This document shows, piece after piece, positions 11,952 to 26,364 of a DNA stretch of 64,000 nt. Each line of letters starts with the position of its first letter. Position 1 is the first letter of the stretch. Origin of the DNA: Octopus vulgaris (lineage: Eukaryota); contig OX597827.1 in NCBI GenBank assembly GCA_951406725.2, forward strand, positions 16,740,001-16,804,000, read 5' to 3'. Made by a program: the position numbers and the translations under genes. Below the pieces are notes generated by a model. It was not told where the DNA came from. It made no database searches and worked only from the letters and a program-made list of their open reading frames with translations.

Positions 11952-12004
11952 CACGACGACGACGACTACCACCACCACCACCACCACCACAACCACCACC
12001 ACTA

Positions 12005-12048
<44 letters not shown>

Positions 12049-12089
12049 CACGACGACGACGACTACCACCACAACCACCACCACCACTA

Positions 12090-12139
<50 letters not shown>

Positions 12140-12185
12140 GACGACGACGACGACGACGACGACAACTGCTGCTGCTGCTGCTGCA
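10975..12185. repeat. Compound trinucleotide array (ACT/ACC/ACG/TAA) with higher-order units
   Basis: Recurring ACCACCACT-A-(ACT)n-ACC-(ACG)n blocks. Confidence 0.95.
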
Positions 12186-12500
12186 ATACTTAATAACGTC
12201 AACAGCAACTATAAACGTCAATAATCGAAATAGAAAGGATATTGATAAAAATAATTAACTTTGAAGGATGTCTAATTTTACTTAATTTTGCTTACGGTGG
12301 TTTAACAGAGATCAAAAGATAATTTTATCGTGATTCAAGAAAATTCCATCATTAGAACATAGCAGAATACTTTTGTCTTGCTTTTTTGCATGAGAAATAA
12401 ACTAAAAATTACATCATGTTTGTTTGATATATGATTTAGCCAGTGGGGCAACGATCTTAATGATAGGGTGCCAGAGAATATATAACTTTTCACAACTTAC

Positions 12501-12940
12501 ATCTAGTTTTCTGCGTTTGAGTAAGACTGTATTTCGTGGTTCGACCTGCTTGAAATAACCGTCAAAATCTCCCATGAATGATACTTTAAAAGAAATTCTC
12601 TCACAAGCTTATCTAGTTTTCTGCGTTTGAGGAAGGCTGTATTTCGTGGTTCGACCTGCTAGAAATAACCGTCAAAATCTCCCATGAATGATACTTTAAA
12701 AGAAATTCTCACACAAGCTTATCTAGTTTTCTGCGTATGAGGAAGGCTGTATTTCGTGGTTCGACCTGCTAGAAATAGCCATCAAAATCTCCCATGAATG
12801 ATACTTTAAAAGAAATTCTCTCACAAGCTTATCTAGTTTTCTGCGTTTGAGGAAGGCTGTATTTCGTGGTTCGACCTGCTAGAAATAGCCATCAAAATCT
12901 CCCATGAATGATACTTTAAAAGAAATTCTCTCACAAGCTT
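12501..12940. repeat. Tandem repeat, 4 x 110 bp
   Basis: ATCTAGTTTTCTGCGT recurs at 12501, 12611, 12721 and 12831 with few substitutions. Confidence 0.95.
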
Positions 12941-13276
12941 ACAAGCCCATTAATTAAGCCCGGAGTTTATTCTGGTTTCCATGGGGCTTAGGCGATTGAG
13001 TATACAACATCTCATGATACTGAACGAGACTCAATTTCTTGAAAGATTAATTTTCCCAACTACTGCTTGTATTCGTTTTCAACTAAGTCGACTGAAGCAA
13101 AGTAAAAATAAAGTGTCTTGCCCAACGTGACAAAGCGTCGCCTGATTCGATACGCAAACCAAGCACCTAATGATTCTAAGTTCAATACTTCAATGCTCTA
13201 AGCCACTCACCTTCACAAATAATAGCCAACTTTTTACAAATAGAAGACATGTTGTTTAAAGTATATATATATATAA

Positions 13277-13331
<55 letters not shown>

Positions 13332-13334
<3 letters not shown>

Positions 13335-13508
13335 AGAGTTCACGAAAAAAAACGAAAGACGAAGACAGGTGGCGTACAAAACAAACAGATGTATTAGTAT
13401 AACGCTCAGGAATAGAAAAAGTCTTTTACGTTTCGAGCCTACGCTCTTCTACAGAAAGGGACACAGAAAAAACAAGGAGAGAAAAAATGTGAGTAGTGGC
13501 TAACGATC
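13332..13508 (-). mobile_element. TA-associated Penelope pLTR-like element with hammerhead-like motif (13423-13458)
   Basis: Same family as 25793-25987 and 38908-39090; minus strand CTTT-CTGTAGA-AGAGC(GTAG)GCTC-GAAA-CG-TA-AAAG. Confidence 0.7.
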
Positions 13509-13522
13509 TATCTATCTATCTG

Positions 13523-13607
<85 letters not shown>

Positions 13608-13811
13608 ATAGCATCTATGAACAATTAAAATAGGATTAAAATACATTTGCTTATAAGTCTGTTGATTCAGGAATGCTCTGGATTAAACAGTAAAACAATT
13701 CCTTCTGCGTTAAGTTCAAATCTCGAAATCGGCAATGCTTTACTCCTGTCCATCGAGAGCGGATAAAGCCGACAACTCAGTCGTTTAAACTCACTTTTTC
13801 ATTAATAAAGC

Positions 13812-14230
13812 TCGGCTGTGGGTGTGTGGTTAAGAAGTTTACTTCACGACCACGCTGTTTCAAGTTCATACCCACTGCGTGAGTCCTTTTGTAAGTGTCT
13901 TCTACTAAAACCCTTGCCGACTGAATCATTGATAGACAGAAACTGCAATTCCTTCACACACACACATGCGTGCATGCGCGCGGGCCTGTGTGTGCGTGCT
14001 TCTGTGTTTGTCTGTGTTTGAGTGTTTGTGCGTGTCTTTGCGCTTATCTACCCACAGCCTGATGACCGATGGTCGTTATTTTAGTTCTTATTAGTTAGCG
14101 TTCCGGGAGATGAGACCGATAGAATAGATTCCAGAGTTTAAAAAAAATATAAGTTCAGGTATCGATTTCATCGACTAAAACCTTCAAGACTGTGAACTAT
14201 CGCAGTCCAGTGACTGAAACAAGTAAAAAT
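13812..14230 (+). mobile_element. Old degenerate group A SINE
   Basis: Diverged head, CORE-like motif and GACTGAAACAAGTAAAA tail. Confidence 0.7.
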
Positions 14231-14390
14231 GTTATAAAACTGAAGGGGAGATGGTCCAGTACATACAATATTGGACCGGATGTCTATGGGTCATGTGTTC
14301 AAATCCGCTGATGGCGTTTCGCTTTGCTTCTAGCCAGAAGTTTATTGCTTAGTCACAGGGTGCATACCTAAATCAAAAGACTTAATATCA

Positions 14391-14622
14391 ATTTCTTTAC
14401 TACCCACAAGGGGCTAAACACACAGGGGACAAACAAGGACAGACAAACGGATTTAGTCTATTACATCGACCCCAGTGCGTAACTGGTACTTAATTTATCG
14501 ACCCCGAAAGGATGAAAGGCAAAGTCGACCTCGGTGTAATTTGAACTCAGAACGCAGCGGTGGACGAAATGCCGCAAAGCATTTCGCCCTGCGTGCTAAC
14601 GTTTCTGCCAGCTCGCCGCCTT
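14391..14622 (-). mobile_element. Group C SINE, full length
   Basis: Consensus match. Confidence 0.9.
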
Positions 14623-14652
14623 AAAACGTGATTATTCGATCTTGTTGTTATA

Positions 14653-14863
14653 CAGGGTGCGGCAGAAGTACATCCCACATTTGAAAGGTTAACAAAAGGG
14701 AAAAGAAACAACATTTATGAAAAATTAATTTTACTGTTGTTTAAAGAAAGGGTTACAGTTTTTGTTCATTAACTAAATTAAAACATTATTGACACTTGCA
14801 TCAGTTCATTAGCAACTCATAGGTGAAATTTTAAAATGTGGGAGGTATTTCTGCCGCATCCTG
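14653..14863. mobile_element. Tc1/mariner-type MITE
   Basis: ~31-bp TIRs CAGGGTGCGGCAGAAGTACATCCCACATTT / AAATGTGGGAGGTATTTCTGCCGCATCCTG with TA target duplication. Confidence 0.85.
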
Positions 14864-15241
14864 TATATAATATATACGTTATCCAACACGTCTTCCACAA
14901 TTTTTAAAGCAATTGGGTTTTATTTGTGAAGGTGAGTGGTGTAGTGTTTAGACGAGTTGAACTTGCGTTCACTAGATAGAGGGTCCGATTCTCGAATTAT
15001 GTGAAGCGTTGTCTCTGAATAATACACTTCATTTTCACACCTTTTCAGTCTACTCACCTGAAAATGAATGTCAGCGGTAGGTGGGAGTACTGGCGTCGAT
15101 CTAATCGACCTAAGCCTTCCCGGAACTTGCTGGCTTTGTTCCAAAACTTGAAAACAATATATAGGGACAGCACTGCATAATTAGCAAGTGCTTTGTCAGA
15201 GAGCTAGTTGACTTAAGTTCCCCCTTAATAGTTTTGTTTTG

Positions 15242-15548
15242 TTTTGTTTGTTCTTTCTCGAGCCATGCCTGGCTCATAAGGGCCGGTTTCCCGGTTTCTT
15301 GGCGTATAGGTTCCCCACCTGGACGGGACGCCGGTCCATCGCAGGTGAGCTGCAAGATGCAGGAGGAAAGAGTGAGAGAAAGTTGTGGCGAAAGAGTCAG
15401 CAGAAGTTCGCCATTACCTTCTGCCGGAGCCGCGTAGAGCTTAGGTGTTTCGCTCATAAACACACACGCATCGCCCGGTCTGAGATTCGAACCCGCGATC
15501 CCTCGACCGCAAGTCCGCTGCTCTAACCACTAGGCCATGTGCCTCCAC
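15242..15548 (-). mobile_element. Group B-related SINE with alternative tail
   Basis: Head GTGGAGGCACATGGCCTAGTGG; tail GCGATGGACCGGCGTCCCGTCCAGG...AAACCGGCCCTTATGAGCC; copies at 29176-29473 and 51890-52170. Confidence 0.88.
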
Positions 15549-16266
15549 CTCCTTAATAGTAGCACTCCATTACGGTTCGAGTTTGATTATTTCTCACAGA
15601 ACTGCCACAGTACAGTAGAATCTTCATGCAAGCATAGTCCTTCAACAAAGTGAGTCCACAATAAATTGGTTTCGAATCTGGTTATGAGCTATTTTAGTTT
15701 ATTTTATTTTATTTTACGTACAATATTTTTCAAAGTTATTTGGTTAGAAGATAGATGTGACACTAAATAATTCTTCCGTTCTTTACTCATACTCGGTCGC
15801 CTCTCCAACAAAACAGCAATCACCCCATTGACAGGTACCTGTCGATGCATATCTTAAAGGAAAAAAAAAATGGATATTCACATTGGGGAACAATCATTTT
15901 AATCAAGCAGAGCCTGTAGCGAAACATATTTAATGAGACAGTCTAATTTGATAACAATGGCGATGAGTGCAAGCAACGGTCAAATAAATGCATCACGTGA
16001 TAGCGTTGACGATCCTCGATATAAGTAACAGGATATGAAGACTTGATTAAAAAAATAACTAAAAAGAAAAAAAAAACGGGTAAAATAGTAAAACAATCAC
16101 GCAAACGCATTATATATTACGATATACCTAATGACATTAAGGGGAAAGCTTAGTTCATTTACAATATACCCCCCACCCCAACAAAAGAAGATACGTATAA
16201 GATGTGGTTGTATATCCTTAATGACGCTCTAGTAATGAGTACTGTAAGGTCATTAAGTGTATAAAT

Positions 16267-16578
<312 letters not shown>

Positions 16579-16688
16579 TATATTACCACACACGCGCATA
16601 GACGCATACATATATATATATGTGTAACAGGCACATACATAAACACACAGATATCCATACGTGGGTGTGCGATACACACACACACGCG

Positions 16689-16731
<43 letters not shown>

Positions 16732-17051
16732 ATACACTTAAGAGAAAGTACTCCAAACAAGGATAGTAAAGTAAAAACAAAAAGACAAGCGAAAAATCAG
16801 CGAGATCACGTTATGTGTTTATAGCTGAGACTTTCGTAGTAGCATCGCTAAGTAACACGAAAAGATAAAGCCTAATATCTTTGGTATAAGTAAATAGATG
16901 AAGTCTACAGTATATATTAAGCATGTTTTCCTCCTGTTTTTCTGTTTTCTTGAGTACTTGCCCTAAAGGTATATGTTTTTATAACTGTCTGTCTGTCTAT
17001 ATATCCATCCATCCATCCATCCATCCATCTCTCTCTCTCTCTATCTCTCTA

Positions 17052-17209
<158 letters not shown>

Positions 17210-17216
17210 AATCTAT

Positions 17217-17297
<81 letters not shown>

Positions 17298-17391
17298 TCG
17301 ATCTATCTATCTATGTCTCCGTACCTACGTAGCTACTCACACACATCCGTGCTTGTGCACACACTCACGCACGCACACACACACAGACACA

Positions 17392-17441
<50 letters not shown>

Positions 17442-17782
17442 GTTACAGTGTACCGGTATTAGTAGGATCAACAAAAAATGTCCAGAGAGATAAATATCAT
17501 TTAATATACACAATTTTAAAAAATTAACACTTATAGTTTCCTGTTTCACAGATACAATAATTTGATATAAATATATGTTAAATTCAAATTACGATGAACG
17601 TAAACAAACAAACAAAGTTTGCTTTAGAAGTGTTGAGATGTCTTAGAAAGTTAAAGAAGTGATTTTAAATTCTCAAACGCAGGATTATGCTAATAATATA
17701 GCCTGAACAGGATAAGCTAACCCCTAATTTGCAGAAAACACTCATACGTTATTCCTACCTCTGCATAGCATATACGTTTATC

Positions 17783-18176
17783 TACTCTTTTACTCTTTTA
17801 CACCAAAGTTTTAAACATTTTCCTAACATAACGATTTAAATATATTCTTTAATCATATAACACAAGTCTTCTGTATTTTTCAACTCCATTTTGTCTTTTA
17901 GACATCTAACCTCGTGTTTTCATATACCAACTCATATATATTTTTTTCTTTTACTTGCTTCAGTCATTTGACTGCGGCCATGCTGGAGCACCGCCTTTAG
18001 TCGAGCAACTCGACCCCGGAACTTATTCTTTTGTAAGCCCAGTACTTATTCTATCGGTCTCTTTTGCCGAACTGCTAAGTGACGGGGATGTAAACACACC
18101 AGCATCGGTTGTCAAGCAATGCTAGGGGGGACAAACACACACACACACAAACACACACACATACACACACACACAC

Positions 18177-18229
<53 letters not shown>

Positions 18230-18390
18230 TACGACAGGCTTCTTTCAGTTTCCGTCTACCAAATCCACTCACAAGGCATTGGTCGGCCCGGGGCTATAGC
18301 AGAAAACATTTGCCCAAGATGCCACGCAGTGGGACTGAACCCGGAACCATGTGGTTGGTTAGCAAGCTACTTACCACACAGCCACTCCTC
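17783..18390 (-). mobile_element. Group A SINE carrying a 144-bp captured insert before its tail
   Basis: Tail repeats 17783-17800, insert 17797-17940 equal to the reverse complement of 20720-20863, then SINE body and head. Confidence 0.88.
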
Positions 18391-18504
18391 TATGTATAAT
18401 AATTCACAAATTCAAAATTCATATTCGTGTGTGTGTGTGTGTGAATACAAATATGAACTTTGATGAATCACTGAAAGAGTACGATGACAAATACATAGGG
18501 GCCG

Positions 18505-18835
18505 TAGAGATCAAAAGTTTTTTCGGGGGTCTACCCAAATACTTTCCAGCATTGAGAGGATACAGCTCCGGGATGTAGGACATATTAAATATTAAATGTC
18601 GTTGGAAAGACTCAGAAGACAGATTCTTCAAGCCGAGTTGACAGGTAGAGGACCTAAGAGCAGAGTAAGAACTGGATGCTTGGATAATATCCACATTTCC
18701 AGTTGGTCCTGCGAGGGAATCAAGCCGAAAAGTGTAATAACAGATGCTTCTTATAGAACCCTATGGAAGGGGTGATTTAGGACACTATTCTCACGGCTCT
18801 CCCAGGAATATTAGGCGGAAAAGATAGATGGATGG
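18505..18835 (+). mobile_element. Degenerate RTE-like LINE 3' end
   Basis: IERIQLR.VGHI...RQILQAELTGRGPKSRVRTGCLDNI; homologous copy at 51260-51597. Confidence 0.6.
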
Positions 18836-18865
18836 GTAGATGGGTATGTATACATGCATACACAT

Positions 18866-19309
<444 letters not shown>

Positions 19310-20323
19310 GTATGTATGTATTTATGTGCGTCCGGGTGTGTTTATACAGGTAAGGATGACAATTGCCGGAATGGAAAGAGAATCGGGTAAAATATATTGC
19401 ATTGTTCCTTCTGGTTTTCTGCACTCTAAGCTCAAATGACCCCGGGGTCAGCGTTGCATTTCATTCCTTCAGAATGTGTACAAGAATATACAAACACAGT
19501 TACATTCGTATTTCGTTGATTTGTTGTCTTATTCTATATAAAGTTATCTTATTATCTAAAGTTAGAAAATTTCCTAACAGTACTCTCTCCTATTTACTAA
19601 CACAATTACACAGAATCTTTTCAAAATCTATTACTGTCGAGCCTTTATAAAGTCTTGTGGTTTTTCTCTCCTTTCTCTTCATCTACCTTCTTTTTCTCTG
19701 TCTTTCTTGGGTTACATTCTACTTCTAAGTTCAACATTTTAACATATATTCTTTCATGTAATGGTAACTGCGGTTCCTTGATCCTTGGTCTGCTTTGTCT
19801 ACTATAGTTTTACTGTCTGAACATTAGTTAAATGGTCATTTAGAGACTTTTAGATTGAATTCACTATTTTCATTGTCGGTTTGTATTACTATATATTTGT
19901 TCATAATCATTATTTCCTAACTCTCCATAAATAGTGCTTTCAAAATAATATTCTTCCCCGTGGGGGCCACTTCGGAATGACAGCAGATGTATTTTATCAA
20001 ATATATATGAATATGTACTATGTATGTATACAAACTAATATACACATACGTATACAAACGTACACACGCACAGACACATTTATACAATCACAAATGTGTT
20101 TGAAATACTTATAGTACACAGAAATTGCTACTTGCACTATATGAAAATGTATGTCATTGAAAATTTATATTTAAGTGGATATAGTTTGTCCTTATGGTAA
20201 AGAAATGAATATCTAACCCCACTAATTTAGGTAATATAAAGTACAACAGAATAAAGTTTTATATATTTTTATTTATTTCCCTACCTTTCTATCCGATATA
20301 TATGTTTGTATATAAAAGTACAT

Positions 20324-20719
20324 AGGCGCAGGAGTGGCTGTGTGGTAAGTAGCGCGTTTACCAACCACATGGTTCTGGGTTCAGTCCCACTGCGTGGCAT
20401 CTTGGGCAAGTGTCTTCTGCTATAGCCCCGGGCCGACCAATGCCTTGTGAGTGGATTTGGTAGACGGAAACTGAAAGAAGCCTGTCGTATATATGTATAT
20501 ATATATATGTATGTGTGTGTATGTGTTTGTGTGTCTGTGTTTGCTTGACAACCGATGTTGGTGTGTTTATGTCCCCGTTACTTAGCGGTTCGGCAAAACA
20601 GGCCGATAAAATAAGTACTGGGCTTACAAAAGAATAAGTCCCGGGGTCGAGTCGCTCGATTAAAGGCGGTGCTCCAGCATGGCCGCAGTCAAATGACTGA
20701 AACAAATAAAAGAAAAAAA
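20324..20719 (+). mobile_element. Group A SINE, full length
   Basis: AGGCGCAGGAGTGGCTGTGTGGTAAG head through GACTGAAACAA tail. Confidence 0.92.
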
Positions 20720-21918
20720 TATATATGAGTTGGTATATGAAAACACGAGGTTAGATGTCTAAAAGACAAAATGGAGTTGAAAAATACAGAAGACTTGTGT
20801 TATATGATTAAAGAATATATTTAAATCGTTATGTTAGGAAAATGTTTAAAACTTTGGTGTAAAGTAACATTGTTTTTGGAGAAATAACCGGTTTCGTATT
20901 TTCTTTTCAAATTTCTCAAATTTCTTTACCGACATTGTGTCATCTCTTCGCTATGAAGTGAAGTATGAGAGTTCCAGACAGGGGAAGGTAATCAGAGATT
21001 TTTTCGGTATAAGGGAGATAATCAAAAATGTTGGGAATGACTAGGTTTTATTAAATAACATGATTTGGTTTAGAAAGGATAGAATGTTAGAAGTGATTAA
21101 GCTTTGCTTTATATTTTTTTCAATGAAGTAAGTTTCCTTATTTAAAATTGCTAGAAATGGTCAAGTTTTGGCTAATATTTTTCAATGAATTAGGTTTCTT
21201 TATTTAATCTAACTTGTGTTGGTGTTCCAATGGCACATTCATAAAATGGAAATATTACAAATTGTGGTAGCAGCTGCTTTGCGCATTTCTCATTGTGTTC
21301 ACTAAAAGGTATCATTCTGTATTCTAGGAATGCAATCTGCTGTCGGTGCAGAGTGCATCTGCGTCTAAGCTATAATCCCGTGGTCCATTTGTAGTTTTGA
21401 TGGCAGCACGAGCATCTTATAACATAAATCAGGTTTTCTGAGACACAATTAAAGTCAAATTTGATTTTGAATATTTGTTCCTCTTTGAAAGGGAATTCTG
21501 ATCCTTCTAGAAAATTTGGGCACGTTGCGCAATTTGGTCGATCGCGTTTCTTCACTTTTGCGTCCGTTATTTTAGAAAATAATTTTGCCTTTATGAGTAT
21601 CATTTTTAGTGTTTGTGGCTTTTGATAATCTTATGTGAGTGTAAAATTTCCTTTAATTTGGGGTCCTTATGTAGCATTGGTAAATTTTGGGTGATGGATG
21701 GTGAAGGCTTCTTTGTTTCTGGGGTTGTGTGTGGATATACGGCAATATTTTCGGGGAATGTGTGCTGCTGTGTCGAAATTTTCTTAAGGTTTCTATGTCA
21801 ATTTGTGTTGCACGTCCGATTTATGAGTTGAACTGGGTAGTGTTTGTCAATCAGGGTGTTTCTGAGTTCCTGCAGTCTCAGGTCTCTGGCATATTTTTCT
21901 GACACTATTATTTTACGT
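20720..21918 (-). mobile_element. Penelope-like retroelement remnant (RT thumb, Cys linker, GIY-YIG)
   Basis: IIVSEKYARDLRLQELRNTLIDKHYP; CATCP; FNCVSENLIYVIRCSCCHQNY..TGL..RRRCTLHRQQI; C-terminal endonuclease layout as in Neptune-type PLEs. Confidence 0.85.
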
Positions 21919-22121
21919 TGCTCCAGTCCACTCAGCTGGCAAAAATGGGTAGTACCTGTATTCCAAAGGGCCAGTTTTGTCGCATTCTGTATCACGCTAA
22001 ATCTCCCTGAGAACTACGTTAAGGATATGCATGTCTGCAGTGTGCTCAGCCACTTGCGTGTTAATTTCAAAAGCAGACTGTTACGTTGATCAGATCAACT
22101 GGAACCCTCGTCGGAGTGCCA
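21917..22121 (+). mobile_element. 3' half of group B-variant SINE
   Basis: GTTGCTCCAGTCCACTCAGCTGGC...GAACTACGTTAAGG...CGGAGTGCC. Confidence 0.8.
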
Positions 22122-22341
22122 AATGTAATCTTCTCTATCCATCTGCGGGTCACACCTCTGTGTGATGTTTTTTGGATGTTGAACTACTTGCTCCCCAATT
22201 CTTAAAGAACTCAGGAACGTTGCTTTTGTTTAGAACCTCAAATGTAAAAAGAACAAGAAGATTTAAAATAGAGGAATGGTTACTCCATTATCATGTCAAT
22301 TTAAAAAACCGATTTCAGTGAATATAAAAGTTATGTGCACT

Positions 22342-22534
<193 letters not shown>

Positions 22535-22933
22535 AGCATACATATATACAAACACTCACATATATACACACAAGCACACACGCACGCACGCATGCTCGTA
22601 CGCTCGCACTCACTCACGCACGCACATTTCTATAGAGAATCAAAATACTGGTCTGAAGTATTCTACATTTTTGCAATAATTCTGAGAGATTATTCTAGTG
22701 ACATTTGTTGTCAGGAATTAGTTGCCGATCTTTTGCAAACAGTAAAAATTATTGTGATCTGTAGACCATAGAGATATACTGACAGAGCGAAGAAGACAAA
22801 AGAACAGAACAAAAAAAAACAATAAACAAGGGACAAAAGAAAACGAGAAATAAACAATGGCATTATAAAAAGCTCTCTCTCTCTCTCTCTCTCAGGCACA
22901 TAGATATAAGCACAAAGTCGGAAACGCAGTGGT

Positions 22934-23100
22934 TAGGCGCAGGCGTGAGTATGTGGTAAAAAACTTGATTCTTAACCACATGGTTCCGCGTTCAGTCCCA
23001 CTGCGTGGCACCTTTGGCAAGTGTCTTCTACTATAACTTCTGGCCGGCCAAAGCTTTGTGAGTGGATTTGGTAGACAGAAACTGAAAGTAGCCCACTGTA
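22934..23100 (+). mobile_element. Group A SINE head
   Basis: Consensus match. Confidence 0.85.
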
Positions 23101-23110
23101 TATATATATT

Positions 23111-23365
23111 ATTCAGGTATCTGCAGAATAGTCTTAATGGTAAAAATTTCAATTCCTTGGATGACGTAAAAAGATACCTTGATGAATTCTTTGCCATGAA
23201 ACCACCTCAATTCTGGGAAGAGGGTATTTTCAAGTTAAAGGAAAGATGGAGACGCATTGTGCAACAAAATGGTTCATATTTGGTTGATTAAAAATGTAAT
23301 GGCAAGTATTTATTGACCTTTTTCTTTCCTTTAAAAATCGGCACGAACTTTCCGGACAACTCAAT
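23111..23365 (+). mobile_element. mariner transposase 3' fragment with right TIR
   Basis: FRYLQNSLNGKNFNSLDDVKRYLDEFF...FWEEGIFKLKERWRRIVQQNGSY*; TIR CGGCACGAACTTTCCGGACAACTCAATA; related ends at 34748-34880 and 50563-50620. Confidence 0.88.
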
Positions 23366-24094
23366 ACAAGACCACCATCGTTGTGAAAGAGTTTGTCTAG
23401 TCGGAGGTGGGCATAATTTGGAATAATGAGTGTTTTATTTTTCGTTGATAATAATTATCTTCCCTACATTTTTACCTCATGGATTTCGTAAGATTGTGTT
23501 AAAGTCTTTATTTTCTCTGTTTTCGTTTTATGAAAGTGTTTTTTGCCGGTGTAAGTGTTGTGTTGTAAAGTCTTCGATAGTTTGTATTATATCAACAAAG
23601 ATTCTTTTCCGTTTGTGACATTAACTTTTAGGTGTATTCTTAAAAGGTTTTTGGTGTTGTAAAGGAAGATAATAGCACATCCGATTATAATTTTGTTGTT
23701 TTTTGTCTTATTTGGACAGCTAACACATTTATTAGCACGGCGGAAAAAAATGCTTAAACGCATTTCCTCTATCTTTACGTTCTGAGTCCAAATTCCACCT
23801 AGGTCGACTTTGCTTTTCATCTTTTGTAAAATGTTAAGGTAGCAAGGTGGCCGAATCGTTAGCAAGTACAACAAAACTTTTAGCGGTATTTCGTCACGCT
23901 TTTTACCATCTGTGTTCAAATCTTGCCAAGGTCACCTTTACCTTTTATTCCTTCCCTTTGGGGTTGATGATATAAGGAACCGGCCAAGTATTGGGGTCTC
24001 TGTAATTGATTTCCTCCCTCCAAAATTGCTAGATTTCTACCGAAATTAGAAAGAGTTATTCTTGTAAAATGTAGCTTTCTAAATTATTTGTAAA

Positions 24095-24135
24095 CTAGCT
24101 GGCCCCGTGCCGTTAAAAATGACGGCTAGTATTTT
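24095..24135 (-). mobile_element. Helitron-like 3' end
   Basis: Hairpin GCCGTCA-TTTT-TAACGGC followed by ...CTAG|T on the minus strand; 5' end not located. Confidence 0.5.
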
Positions 24136-24809
24136 ATATTTAAATATTGATGGTAAATCAAATTAACACACTTGTCAGTGTTATCTGGTGGTTGTCATTT
24201 GAGATGTGACATCAATCATTGTTTGTTACTGAAAAAACGCCAGTTCACATAAAAACATTCACATAGTTCCCTTTTACACGCACATATATACACACATACT
24301 CACACAGAGTTGAAACATTGTTTAATTTTTTTCTTTTCAGCGTTGAATGTTCACCATCTGACTTCCATCTCGCACACACAAAAACACACTCACAAACCTC
24401 TCTTATACATACACACACATATATACTCAAACAGAGTTGAAACGCTCCCACTACCAGTTGGCCATCACCATTCTTTTCCTTAGTCATCTATCACCTCTTC
24501 CTTTCTCATTCATATATAGTGACGGAGAAAAATTCAAGAGTATTATTATAGTAGATATTGTTCAGAGGAGGAGTTTTCCGAGTATTTTAGCAACTTTGAG
24601 AACAACAGCCGTAAATATCTGTGTAGATTTAGGATTGTCATCAGTATCCAATTTCGCATCAAACCCATGTTCTGAAATATTACACACATACACACACACA
24701 CACACGCGCGCGCGCGCGCGCGAACATATATGCACATACACACATTCAGTGTACCCAGTTTTCTATGTATCGTCTATCTGAATGTTTAGCGTTCTAGTCC
24801 CATTTTGTA

Positions 24810-24874
<65 letters not shown>

Positions 24875-24879
<5 letters not shown>

Positions 24880-25100
24880 ATATTTCGGAATGGTCATTTT
24901 GCCAGTTTAGCCAATAAAATCACACGCACTATATATTTGGTGTTACTTTGCTTCAAGTGTTATTTATTTTTTACATTAATCTTAATCTTATTTCGGCCAG
25001 AGTTCTTTTGTCACACTCCTGTGACCGCATCAGTGGTCCTTTGTTTTCTTCTTTCTTATTTGTGTCTGTCCTTACTAACCGTCAGCCATTTTAAACAACA
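24875..25100 (-). mobile_element. TA-embedded element with degenerate hammerhead motif (24995-25039)
   Basis: GGACCA-CTGATGC-GGTCACA(GGAG)TGTGAC-AAAA-GAAC-TC-TGG; two core mismatches. Confidence 0.5.
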
Positions 25101-25127
25101 AATATATATATATATATATAAGAGGCA

Positions 25128-25196
<69 letters not shown>

Positions 25197-25323
25197 CATA
25201 TATATATATATATAAAATATATATATTAAATATATATATACATATATATATATGGCGGTGCCCCAGCATGGTTATACAGCTCGTGAGCTGAAACTAGATA
25301 AAATAAAAAAATAAAATAAAATA

Positions 25324-25363
<40 letters not shown>

Positions 25364-25369
<6 letters not shown>

Positions 25370-25987
25370 CAAAAATGGGACAAGAACGCAAAACATCCAC
25401 ACAGTTAGTGATACAAAAAAGGACAACAAAACACCCAGATAGACGATACATAGAAAACAAGGACGTGTCATTCGGAGTTTTCTTTCCTCAGTCGAGTTCC
25501 AGATTATCTTTGCAATTTCGGCAGGTCATACTCGAGGTTGCTCCAATCTGGCCAGCTCCAAGTATAAACTAAGTTAAGAGCATTAGATTCCTTGGAAAAA
25601 AGCAGCGAATATATACCAAAACAAGGACGGTAAAAAAACGGAGTATATTACACAAATACAATCAACAGGACATAGCAACAGGTGTCTTTCGACTAAGGAC
25701 GAATTGCATTAAGCTGGCGAGTGTGTAAAAAAACGGAGTATATTACACAAATACAGTCAATAGGACATAGCAACAGGTGTCTTTCGACTAAGGAGTGAAT
25801 TCACAAAAAATAAAAACAAAAAACGAAGACAGGTGGTGTAGACAACAAACAGATGTATTAGTTTAGAGCTCGGGAAGTGAAAATGTCTTTAACGTTTCGA
25901 GCCTACGCTCTTCCACAGAAAACAACACAGAAAGAAACAAGGAAAGAAAATAATAAAAAAATGTGTAGAGGCTAGCGATCTATCATG
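25364..25987 (-). mobile_element. Composite TA-associated repeat including pLTR-like family copy (25793-25987)
   Basis: Internal ~70-bp direct duplication (25631-25700 and 25726-25794); hammerhead-like motif at 25887-25922. Confidence 0.6.
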
Positions 25988-26072
25988 TGGGTTTGTGTAT
26001 ACACACAAATATATACATATACTTAAGCTTACATTTATAAATGCACACTTACGAATACTAGCTACCCCTCAG

Positions 26073-26105
<33 letters not shown>

Positions 26106-26364
26106 TCTTGTGCATGTTTTTTATATCAAACGCAGTCTATGACACTAATTATTTAAACGGTATATGCGCCGTCTGTCGTGATGGTTGGAGTTTTGTAATA
26201 AGTTTTCGTGTCAATAACATTTTGAATTTGTGTATACGCGTGCATCATATATATATATATATGTGTGTGTGTGTCTGTGTGTGTGTCTGTGTGTGTGTGT
26301 CTGTGTGTGTGTGTATATATATGTGTGTGTGTATATATATATATATGCATATATATATGTATGT

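Noticed and set aside
12501-12940. CRISPR-like regular array
   Set aside because: Whole 110-bp units are repeated with no unique spacers, and the context is eukaryotic.
18109-18463. Recurrent ORFs such as RASFSFRLPNPLTR...
   Set aside because: Chance frames in group A SINE copies.
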